Source: Alphaproteobacteria bacterium (GTDB taxonomy: Bacteria; Pseudomonadota; Alphaproteobacteria; RF32; CAG-239). Taken from it: 48,763 bases of DNA. The translations under genes and the position numbers were made by a program. This document shows positions 25,147-32,781 of the stretch, piece after piece. Within the stretch, counting starts at the first letter, position 1; each line of letters begins with the position of its first letter. The DNA lies in NCBI GenBank assembly GCA_017480995.1, contig JAFUQJ010000051.1, forward strand, positions 1-48,763, given 5' to 3'. The notes under the pieces were generated by a model. That model was not told the DNA's origin. It worked only from the letters and a program-made list of their open reading frames with translations, and did no database searches.

Positions 25147-25677
25147 TTATTTTTCTTTATTCTTATCTTTAACGGCACGAACTTCGGCACTTCCAAAGGC
25201 GTCATAACCCGTCAGGCCGTTGATAAATTGCGGCAGGTCAATGAGTTCGCCGTTGTCGTCGTGCAGATCTTTTATTTTGTCGCTGACGAACGTGCGCTCA
25301 GCCTTGCGCAACTGGCAATAGCCTTGAAAATAAAAGCGGGTTTTGCTGTCTTTGAATATTTTGTGCAAAGCGATGCGGCGTTTGGTCTTCTTTCCGGAGG
25401 CGTCGGTGTAGGAAAAGTTTATCGGAACGCCTTTGTCGGATTGCCACACCGGCTCGCCAAAGCCCGGAAGATCGAAATCATCGTCCGTGTCGCGTTTTTG
25501 TTCAATGACGTGGTAAAAACCACCGCCGATGATGGCATAGAGCAACATAATAACCGGGATTGTCCAGCCGGCGCTGATGATGTCATACCCGTATAAAACC
25601 GCCCCGCCGATGATGGCAAGAAATGCCGCCGCCGACAACACCTGTTTTTTGGTTTCTTCAAATTCTTTTTCAGTCAT
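25147..25677 (-). CDS. membrane-anchored WYL-domain protein
   Basis: Start ATG 25677 after AAAGGA. Two TM helices, then RRIALHKIF..TRFYFQGYCQLRKAERTFVSDKI, which matches the WYL-domain pattern. Confidence 0.65.
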   Translation of the reverse strand: MTEKEFEETKKQVLSAAAFLAIIGGAVLYGYDIISAGWTIPVIMLLYAIIGGGFYHVIEQKRDTDDDFDLPGFGEPVWQSDKGVPINFSYTDASGKKTKRRIALHKIFKDSKTRFYFQGYCQLRKAERTFVSDKIKDLHDDNGELIDLPQFINGLTGYDAFGSAEVRAVKDKNKEK

Positions 25678-25708
25678 AACCCTGTCCTTTCCGTCAAAAT
25701 TATACTTT

Positions 25709-25737
25709 ATCGTAGCATCAAAGTATAAAATAGTCAA
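25709..25737 (-). promoter_or_regulatory. sigma70-like promoter for the WYL gene
   Basis: Minus strand TTGACT, 17-nt spacer, TACGAT, about 30 nt upstream of ATG 25677. Confidence 0.45.
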
Positions 25738-25786
25738 CAAAAAGTATAAAAAAGTCATTGTTTTTGACTTTTTCAAATTGTGCAAA

Positions 25787-25891
25787 CTTCTGGCAGGGGG
25801 CGCCTGGGACAGATCCTCGTACTGCGGTTCCCGCAGTCGCTTTGCGTGGGGTTCGCTTTCGGACACGTCTGTCTATACTGGCGCGCGCGGG
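25787..25891 (+). repeat. orphan VR-like cassette VR3
   Basis: Gapless match to sense TR positions 5-109. 17 adenine-site and 5 other differences (manual). Hairpin at 25912-25931 follows. Confidence 0.8.
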
Positions 25892-25944
25892 TTGATCCGT
25901 GCCAAAGGGATCTTTTGCGAACACGCAAAAGAGGCGGCCTGTAT

Positions 25945-26054
25945 GGTGCTTCTGGCGGGAGGCTCCTGGGACATTTCCTCGGATTGCGGTTCCCGCTGTC
26001 GTACTGCGGACAATTCGCTTTCGGTTGCGTATGGCAATTATGGCGCGCGCGGGC
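25945..26054 (+). repeat. orphan VR-like cassette VR4
   Basis: Gapless match to sense TR positions 1-110. 13 adenine-site and 5 other differences (manual). Hairpin at 26071-26096 follows. Confidence 0.8.
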
Positions 26055-26099
26055 ATATCCGCCAAAATAACTTTTTCTTCCCTTGGAAGTAAAAAGGCA

Positions 26100-28028
26100 T
26101 CAGGCAAATCTGCCGACCAGGCGCCTACGGCGGCGCGGCCTTAAAATATCCGGCTTAGGGATATTTTCAACAACCACTTCGGGATTGCGTTCTACCATTT
26201 CGCGGACTTTTTCGGCGTATTCCTGCCGCGCGAGCATCTTTTCCCAGCGCCGCCGCATGTTCAGCCCTGAAAGTTTGAGCCCTTCCAACGCTGCCAGGGC
26301 ATAGCCGAATATGTCCAGCGCCTCGTTGCGTTTGCGTCCCGGACGCAGGGCGTAATAACGGAGCTTGCGTCCTTTGACATAAGAGGTTTTGGCTTCCTCG
26401 GCTGTCAGCTGAATAAAGTGGTTTTCGTCGTAACTCATGTTAAAATGGCAATATCCGGGGGCTGCCGGATCGTCAATCTTAAGCCGCGAATAAACCACGT
26501 CTTTGACCGTATCGGTGCCGACCAGAAAAAACTCCAGATTGAGCTTTTTAATTTTTCCCGGAGCGCGTTTGAGAATCGGGCGGCCTTCGCCTGGCATGCC
26601 TTTAATCGCCCAGACGCGCCGGTTCCAACGTTCCTGACAAAACTTACCGACCTGCTGGGTTAAATAGCCGCTGTCGATGCAACAGGCCGAGATTTCCATT
26701 TCGCCGGTCAAGGCGTGGGGGATTGGTGTTTGCAAGAGGTCGTCGAGCTCTTCCCAGATGCGTGCAGCCGCAGGATCGCCGAGCAACACAACCTTGCCGA
26801 GGCCGTAGCTCTGGTTGTTGACCGTCCAGCCGAGGCGCTCAACCTCCAGACGGTCATCCTGGACGTCAACGCCGGCCGTGATGACAACAACCTCCGGCGG
26901 CGCTGTCGTGTAATCCTCGCGCCGGTTGATCAGTCTGGTTTCGTCGACGCGCTCGCCTTTGTCTTCCCACACCTGACCGAGCGAGGTGTTGATGAATGTT
27001 TTTAATGCCTCCGGATCGTCCTTGGCGTCAAGAAAAGATTTGACTATTTCCTTGAGCGGCACCCAGGGCGAATACCCCTCCCAGAGCGAAAATCCCGCGT
27101 GTCCGTTAAACGGCATGGTTGCCTCCCAGCGCCCGAGGCCGACGGCGTGCCAACGCTCGACATCATTCCAGCAGGCGCCGCAATGCGGGCAGGCATACAC
27201 GGCCGTTTTGGCGCTTTCCTCATTTGTTTCTTTTTTTTCCCACTTGACGTTTGCCCACTCAATCCGCTGATATTTACCGCAATGCGGGCACGGCACCAAA
27301 AAAAAGCGCATGTCCGATTGCTGGAATGATGCGTCTATTTTGCTCATGCCGGCAATGGTCGGCGTGGAGCATTTGACGATTTTGCGGTTCCAAAACGTGG
27401 TTGTTCTTTTTATGGCCAGCTTGACCGGGTCACCCTCTTTGCCGGCCGACAACGGATAACGGTCGACTTCGTCCATCATGACAACGCGGATCGGGCGGCT
27501 GGCCAGCTCGGCGGCCGAATTGGCGCCGACCATGGTGATGTGCCCGCCGGGGAACGACTTGTGCAAGACGGTGTTGCCGCTGTCTTTGCTGTCCGAGACC
27601 TTGCCCTGCAGACACGGCGTGTCGCGGAGCATCGGCATCAGACGGTCGGTTGACCAGCTCTTGGCGACGTTTTCAGTCGGCTGCATCAGGAGGATCGGGC
27701 AAGGGTCTTTGTCGATGTAGTAGCCTATGGCGTTGTTGATGATTTCGGTTTTGCCGACCTGAGACGAGGCGACAATCGTCACCTCAGACACATTGATGTC
27801 TGATATGGCGTCCATAATACCGCGCTGATATTCGGCGCGGCTGGTATTCCAGTCCCCGGGCTCAGCGGAACTCTCGGAACTCAGCTTGCGGTTGGCGTCC
27901 GCCCACTCGGAAATCGTCTGGCGCGGCGGTAGCTCCAAACCTTTTAGGAAGCCTTCGCAAAAGCACCTAACGCCTTCCAATATCAGCCATTCGTCTGAGT
28001 ATCTCTCGACCGCATCTGTTGCATTCAT
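26100..28028 (-). CDS. terL: terminase large subunit, lambda gpA-like
   Basis: 642 aa. Walker-like SSQVGKTE, MMDEVD, and a zinc-ribbon-like CPHCG...CPHCG, as in the gpA family. Confidence 0.85.
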   Translation of the reverse strand: MNATDAVERYSDEWLILEGVRCFCEGFLKGLELPPRQTISEWADANRKLSSESSAEPGDWNTSRAEYQRGIMDAISDINVSEVTIVASSQVGKTEIINNAIGYYIDKDPCPILLMQPTENVAKSWSTDRLMPMLRDTPCLQGKVSDSKDSGNTVLHKSFPGGHITMVGANSAAELASRPIRVVMMDEVDRYPLSAGKEGDPVKLAIKRTTTFWNRKIVKCSTPTIAGMSKIDASFQQSDMRFFLVPCPHCGKYQRIEWANVKWEKKETNEESAKTAVYACPHCGACWNDVERWHAVGLGRWEATMPFNGHAGFSLWEGYSPWVPLKEIVKSFLDAKDDPEALKTFINTSLGQVWEDKGERVDETRLINRREDYTTAPPEVVVITAGVDVQDDRLEVERLGWTVNNQSYGLGKVVLLGDPAAARIWEELDDLLQTPIPHALTGEMEISACCIDSGYLTQQVGKFCQERWNRRVWAIKGMPGEGRPILKRAPGKIKKLNLEFFLVGTDTVKDVVYSRLKIDDPAAPGYCHFNMSYDENHFIQLTAEEAKTSYVKGRKLRYYALRPGRKRNEALDIFGYALAALEGLKLSGLNMRRRWEKMLARQEYAEKVREMVERNPEVVVENIPKPDILRPRRRRRLVGRFA

Positions 28029-28334
28029 TCCGTATTAACCTCTCATTTTTCTTAACGTCGGTTTCGGCCGACACCCGCGCGGCGAGTTTTGACGGTAGCC
28101 CCGCCAGTTTGTCGCGGAGCAGACGACCAAGGTCAAAACCGTTTTTTTTTGCGCGTTTTTGTCCAGCAAGCGGCCTTCAGCTCTGTCCAGCTCAATCTTT
28201 TTCAATCTGCCTTCGTAATCTGTCCGATCGGGTTCTTCGTCGCTTTCCGGCAAATCCGGAATGAAAAAGTCCTCCGGCGCGAAATCAGGTATTGATGATT
28301 TCGGCGATGGCTGCCTGGATTTCCCTGATGACAC
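27967..28334 (-). other. terS C-terminal-domain paralog split by an A9 tract (pseudogene or -1 frameshift gene)
   Basis: ORF-track frame 28035-28334 joined to the -1 frame after A9 (28142-28150) aligns without gaps to the TerS segment YTARLRKIEFEKEMG...RLAPKV. Confidence 0.5.
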
Positions 28335-28869
28335 CTTCCATTTCCTCCGTTAAAATAATAAAATTCTCTTTCTGATCCGTTACAACCGTAACTTTGGGCG
28401 CCAGCCGGTTCGGTACCGCTTTGAGCTTTTCGCGCAGGATCCTTGATACGCCGAAGGCCGCTTTTTCCACACCCTCTTTGTTGACAATCGCGCCCATCTC
28501 TTTCTCAAACTCAATTTTGCGCAGGCGGGCGGTGTAGCTTTCCTTGACGGCGCGGCTTTTCTGGTATTGTGTCGTGCTGCTGGATTGCGCCGATATGCCT
28601 TCGACATCTGCGCTCTGCGTCGTCCCGGACTGGCGGAGCGCCATGCCGACGGATGTCTTGCGGCGTCCGTCCGCCCTTGGCATTGTCGTTGCCGGATTGT
28701 TGGCCGGATCCGCATGGGCGGCAATTTTGGCCAGCGATGCCTCAACCTCGACCATTTCGCGACCGTCCTGTCTGGTCAGGACAATCAGGCCTTTTTTAAT
28801 CAGGCTCGAAACATACTGATGCGACCGGTCAATCTTGCGGGCAAAGTCACTTTTACTCAATACCGACAT
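28285..28869 (-). CDS. terS: terminase small subunit, Nu1-like
   Basis: Start ATG 28869 after GAGGAG. N-terminal HTH (LSKSDFARKIDRSHQYVSSLIKKGLI). Directly upstream of terL. Confidence 0.7.
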   Translation of the reverse strand: MSVLSKSDFARKIDRSHQYVSSLIKKGLIVLTRQDGREMVEVEASLAKIAAHADPANNPATTMPRADGRRKTSVGMALRQSGTTQSADVEGISAQSSSTTQYQKSRAVKESYTARLRKIEFEKEMGAIVNKEGVEKAAFGVSRILREKLKAVPNRLAPKVTVVTDQKENFIILTEEMEGVIREIQAAIAEIINT

Positions 28870-30241
28870 ACGGATACTCCTCGGCATCGTCAAACGCCGC
28901 TCCGTCTTTCTCGCGCTTGGCCGTTCCGCCGAAGAGTTCCTGCCAGCGCCGGATGATGACGTCGCAATAGCGCGGATCAATTTCCATCAGCCGGGATTTG
29001 CGCCCCATATTTTCGGCCGCAATCATGGTTGAGCCGGAACCGCCAAAGAGGTCGAGCACGATTTCGCCGCGGTTTGAACTGTTAACCATTGCGCGCTGGG
29101 CAAGTTCTACAGGCTTTTGTGTCGGATGGACATAGCTTGAGGCGGCGTCGCGCCGGATTGCCCAGATCTCGGAGCCGGATTTCAACTTCTGGACAAGCTC
29201 GACCAGGCGCTCGCGCGGCCAGTCGTCAAGGTCATGATCCGCAGAGCTCCATAGAGTTTTTTGCGTACGGTCGCCGAACCACCGGCAATTCTCGCCCTCG
29301 TGACATCCATAGAAACAAGGCTCGTATGCCCAGTGATAGTCTGAATGCCCGAGCACCATACCTTTATCCCAGATGATGACCTGCTTGGGTCTAAGCTCAA
29401 CACCGCGGATGGCTGTTTCAAAATGGACGTGGTTGGTGTTGGCGTACCAAATATAAAATGCGCGGCTTTTCCGCAAATATCGCTTGATGTTTTTGAAAGC
29501 CTCAAGCAGGAATAGAAAAAGCTGATCACCCCGTAGCTGGTCGTTTTTGATGATTTGCCATTCGCGGCCGTTCGGGTTGTTTGTGCCTTTATAGCTGACA
29601 CCATACGGCGGATCCGTAAACACAAGGTCGGCCAGTGTTCCTTCCATCAGACTGTCGACATCCGCCTCGCTGGTGCTGTCGCCGCACATGACACGGTGCT
29701 GACCGCAAATCCATATATCGCCGCGACGGCTTTTGACCGTTTCGGACAAAGGCGGGGCGTTGTCGAGCTTTTCAATATCAATGGTTTTTGGCGTTTCCTC
29801 AAGGTCGTCAAGGGTTTCATTGAGTTCGTCAAGAGACCAACCGGTTTCCTCGATATCGGCACCAAGCTCCAAAAGCCGATCCATTTGCGCCTGCAGGTTT
29901 TCCCAGTTCCATTCCGCCATTTCGGCCGATTTGTTGTCAAAAATCTGATACTGTATGCGCTCGGCCTCGGTTAAATTATGCAAAACGATGACCGGGACTT
30001 TTTCAATTCCCAGTTTGAGCGCCGCGAGCCGTCGTCCGTGGCCGGCAACAATCATCATGTCGTCATCAACCAGAATCGGGTTTGTCCACCGCTTTTTCAT
30101 AGATTGCGCAATTTTCTCAATTTGCTCATCCGGGTGATTTTTGGTGTTGAGCGGATCCGGCACTAAACGGCTGAGCTCCACGAGTTCGAGCTTCATGGTT
30201 TTTAATTTTTCAACAATTTCGTTTTGGTCAATCTCTGTCAT
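28853..30241 (-). CDS. ParB-like nuclease domain fused to a DNA methyltransferase (DPPY type)
   Basis: N-terminal ParB-N-like VAGHGRRLAA. Methylase motifs FTDPPYG and HPTQKP..DLFGGSGST. First ATG is 30241 (ORF opens at TTG 30268). Confidence 0.8.
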   Translation of the reverse strand: MTEIDQNEIVEKLKTMKLELVELSRLVPDPLNTKNHPDEQIEKIAQSMKKRWTNPILVDDDMMIVAGHGRRLAALKLGIEKVPVIVLHNLTEAERIQYQIFDNKSAEMAEWNWENLQAQMDRLLELGADIEETGWSLDELNETLDDLEETPKTIDIEKLDNAPPLSETVKSRRGDIWICGQHRVMCGDSTSEADVDSLMEGTLADLVFTDPPYGVSYKGTNNPNGREWQIIKNDQLRGDQLFLFLLEAFKNIKRYLRKSRAFYIWYANTNHVHFETAIRGVELRPKQVIIWDKGMVLGHSDYHWAYEPCFYGCHEGENCRWFGDRTQKTLWSSADHDLDDWPRERLVELVQKLKSGSEIWAIRRDAASSYVHPTQKPVELAQRAMVNSSNRGEIVLDLFGGSGSTMIAAENMGRKSRLMEIDPRYCDVIIRRWQELFGGTAKREKDGAAFDDAEEYPYVGIE

Positions 30242-30356
30242 TTTCGCAACTCGTTTTTTATTTTTCAAACTTAGCTATAAGCCGCGCCGCGCGCTGACCC
30301 GCGGCTTGTGGGGTTTAGGAAGAACCTATTGATGGCGGGCATTGGCTTTCCGGACA

Positions 30357-30977
30357 TCATCTCGCCGTCCTCAAAGCCTGGTCCATTGCCCGAATAAAGA
30401 ACACATCCATATAGCGCTGAGCTCTTTTCTCAACGATTTTATGCATGTTGAACCTCGGTGTGATCATTTGTTGTTTGCGCCTCAAAAATAAAGGCTTGAG
30501 TGCCTTGCCCTTGCCCTTGCGTTGCATGATATAGGTGCCCTTTTTTGTATTGACGACAAATACGCCGCGTTGTTTGAGCGCTTTTTGCGGGCCAAAATTG
30601 CGCTTACGCCCCTGCAGCGGCACCCACAAATATTTGCTTGTTAACGGACGTCTGACCGTCTGTCCATCCGCGATTTGTTCAGCAATACCCCAGTGCTGGT
30701 TGCCGAGAACAGCCTGCATGCGGTTGATGCCGTGATTTTTATCTGCCGGCAACGTGGCAAACGAACTTCCAGGAGACGGAGCTGCACCGATGCGCGCTGT
30801 GCGGTGAGTGCGCGAGAATGGTGTTAAGGTGTGGAATTGGTGAGCTGCTTTTTTGGCCAAATCATCGCCGATTTTGGCGGATGTTCGGGTTAAAGCCATG
30901 GCGCAGGCAAAAGGCAGTTGTTTCTCGGCGATGTCGTCGAGATAGTATTCCAAATCTTTTAATTTGACGTCAGTCAT
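30357..30977 (-). CDS. hypothetical phage protein (first gene of the late block)
   Basis: Start ATG 30977 after AAAGGAGG. No motif recognised. Confidence 0.55.
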   Translation of the reverse strand: MTDVKLKDLEYYLDDIAEKQLPFACAMALTRTSAKIGDDLAKKAAHQFHTLTPFSRTHRTARIGAAPSPGSSFATLPADKNHGINRMQAVLGNQHWGIAEQIADGQTVRRPLTSKYLWVPLQGRKRNFGPQKALKQRGVFVVNTKKGTYIMQRKGKGKALKPLFLRRKQQMITPRFNMHKIVEKRAQRYMDVFFIRAMDQALRTAR

Positions 30978-30995
30978 CCGGCCTCCTTTTCTCAA

Positions 30996-31025
30996 ATGAT
31001 AGTATTTTTTGACTTAAAAAGTCAA
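30996..31025 (-). promoter_or_regulatory. sigma70-like promoter of the late/packaging block
   Basis: Minus strand TTGACT, 18-nt spacer, TATCAT. The -35 lies in the palindrome TTGACTTAAAAAGTCAA. Confidence 0.5.
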
Positions 31026-31059
31026 TAAATTTTATTTTTCTTGACTTTTGCTCTATTTT

Positions 31060-31264
31060 ACCGATTTTACCGTTTTTCCGTCTTTTTGGGTTTTTCGCTA
31101 TAATTTCAAAAAAATAATACTGAAAAAACCGAAAAAATAGGTTAAATTGGTTAAAATGGTAAAATTTCGCAAATTCAAAAACTTACAGTATTTTTATACT
31201 TTTTGCATAACGTGATTTTGAAAAATAAAGTTAAAAAATCGGTCAAATCGGTCAAATCGGTAAA
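31060..31264. repeat. three arrays of 9-bp iterons
   Basis: accgatttt/accgttttt/ccgtcttttt (31060-31087); ggttaaatt/ggttaaaat/ggtaaaatt (31140-31166); atcggtcaa x2 plus atcggtaaa (31238-31264). The outer arrays are mutually inverted. Confidence 0.7.
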
Positions 31265-31450
31265 TTAAAAAAATGTAAAAAGTCAAAAATGACGCAAAAA
31301 TGACTTGACTTTACGCCCGACAAGAGCGTCAATGAACATATAAATAGGAGGTTATCTTCTTAAAAATCAGGTTTATCTCAGGTAAAACCGATATTAAACA
31401 AGGTTAAATATTATCGATCAACTGTATGGACATATTTTAAGGATGCTGTT

Positions 31451-31687
31451 ATGGATAACAAAACTAAATTAACGATTGTTTCCGGGAATGTTGCCGCAAT
31501 GGAGGCTATTCTCAAAGATATACACGAACGTATCAAGGCCGCAAAGGAAGGCCTTGAATGGAAAGACGCCGACAATGACGAACGGCGTGTAAATTCTGCG
31601 CTGGGCGGCTTGTCAGGGGTTCAGGTGCATATTGATGCGCTTAAATCTCTGGCGGATGCTTCTTTCTGCATCGGGCGCGCTGATTAA
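31451..31687 (+). CDS. hypothetical small protein
   Basis: 78-aa ORF, AAGGA SD. Convergent with the minus-strand early block. Confidence 0.5.
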   Translation: MDNKTKLTIVSGNVAAMEAILKDIHERIKAAKEGLEWKDADNDERRVNSALGGLSGVQVHIDALKSLADASFCIGRAD

Positions 31688-31713
31688 AAGAAAGCCCCGG
31701 ATTATTCCGGGGC
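31683..31713 (-). terminator. terminator ending the minus-strand early/replication block
   Basis: Stem gccccgg/ccggggc followed on the minus strand by tttcttttaat. Confidence 0.6.
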
Positions 31714-31795
31714 GATGATGTTATTTCCCCGGCTCAATATTAGGAATTGGTTGCGATGTGCTTCCCAAATCTGACCGGGGCGAATATCCTTAATT

Positions 31796-32143
31796 TCAAC
31801 AAGTTTCATCAGGTGCCTCGCTTTCTTGTATCTTAATATCAGCTGCCGGGGTAGCTTGTATTTTAGCAACGGCAAGCGTTTCCTGTATTTTTTCCAAAAG
31901 TTTGAGGTTTATCGGAATTTGCGGAATCCTATACCAGCACTCTTCCAATAATGCTCGGAGCCTTTTGTTTTCCTTCAGCCGGTTGCTTATTTCGTGGCGC
32001 TGGTTATGGATGCGGTATCTCTGATTGCCAAGCTGGCAGGCTTGAGCTTTGTTCTTTTTATCCAGCTCGTCAATTTTGGCTTGCAGGCGGTCACATTCCT
32101 TATTGGCGGCGTGAATAAGTTCAATTTCGTATTGGTTGCTCAT
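31796..32143 (-). CDS. hypothetical coiled-coil protein
   Basis: ORF 31796-32338. Start moved to ATG 32143 after AAGGAG. Confidence 0.55.
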   Translation of the reverse strand: MSNQYEIELIHAANKECDRLQAKIDELDKKNKAQACQLGNQRYRIHNQRHEISNRLKENKRLRALLEECWYRIPQIPINLKLLEKIQETLAVAKIQATPAADIKIQESEAPDETC

Positions 32144-32153
32144 AAAAAACTCC

Positions 32154-32351
32154 TTACCAAAAGAATTCTTCAATTTTATCGCCGATATATTCCAGGGCTT
32201 TGCCGAGCGGATAGCTGACAGGCCTAAACCACGCCACAGGGAAAGCCAGCAAAACAACGGTAATGCCCGCCGCGACCCAAAAGCCGAGGCATAACAGCAC
32301 CCACAGCGCCAGAAAAAGAGCCCTATATCCCAAAACAAGATTTTTTTCCAT
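32154..32351 (-). CDS. small membrane protein
   Basis: Start ATG 32351 after GGAGGG. Two hydrophobic helices. Confidence 0.5.
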   Translation of the reverse strand: MEKNLVLGYRALFLALWVLLCLGFWVAAGITVVLLAFPVAWFRPVSYPLGKALEYIGDKIEEFFW

Positions 32352-32590
32352 CAGGCTGCCCTCCGATAAAGGTTGCAGTGACAAACGCCGTTTTTGGCGA
32401 TATCTGCCCAGCAATGACCGGAAATGCAAGCGCGGTCACTTCCAGGGTCACAGGGGCACCTCATCCAGTATTTGGCACCGAAAAACCGGCTTTTGGCTCT
32501 GGCCACGGCATCAGCCTTGTCGGTCAGCTCCAGATTGTTTTCTTTGGCTTTTTCAGCGATTTTGGCGCGAATTATTGCAAAATCATCCAT
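32351..32590 (-). CDS. small Cys-rich protein with ferredoxin-thioredoxin-reductase-like CPC...CHC motif
   Basis: YWMRCPCDP...GHC...GVCHCNLY resembles the FTR catalytic-subunit cysteine pattern. Confidence 0.45.
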   Translation of the reverse strand: MDDFAIIRAKIAEKAKENNLELTDKADAVARAKSRFFGAKYWMRCPCDPGSDRACISGHCWADIAKNGVCHCNLYRRAA

Positions 32591-32601
32591 GTTTCCCTCC
32601 G

Positions 32602-32781
32602 TCAGTTAAAAATTAAATTCAAAACAAAAATAATAAGATGCACCACGCAGGATCCCCAGCAGATGGCCATCATGGCGACGAAGCGCATCCGGCTGCGTCG
32701 CTGGTATTCGTCAAATTCCTTTTGCAGGCGCACATAGCGCTTTAAGGCATCAAAGTATGATTTTCCGTAATCTATTTGCAT
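32602..32781 (-). CDS. small tail-anchored membrane protein (below ORF-track cut-off)
   Basis: My own translation: MQIDYGKSYFDALKRYVRLQKEFDEYQRRSRMRFVAMMAICWGSCVVHLIIFVLNLIFN. ATG follows the G8 run. Confidence 0.35.
   Translation of the reverse strand: MQIDYGKSYFDALKRYVRLQKEFDEYQRRSRMRFVAMMAICWGSCVVHLIIFVLNLIFN

Noticed and set aside
24547-26054. Possible CRISPR array suggested by repeated ~110-bp units
   Set aside because: The repeats are far too long, diverge at specific positions and are irregularly spaced. They are homologous to the DGR TR. No cas genes are present.
25577-26092. 171-aa + strand ORF covering VR3-VR4 as a possible real target gene
   Set aside because: Its N-terminal ~70 codons are antisense to the WYL gene and its promoter. 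There is no SD and no CLec body upstream of the VR. I kept the open frame as an observation, not as a CDS call.
25718-26107. 129-aa minus-strand ORF, and the 5' extension of ORF 25147-25866
   Set aside because: These are antisense translations of VR3/VR4. The WYL gene has a good SD and promoter only for ATG 25677.
31009-31025. Palindrome TTGACTTAAAAAGTCAA as a transposon end or att site
   Set aside because: It is better explained as back-to-back -35-like elements of the recurring promoter motif. There is no second copy in inverted orientation bounding an element.
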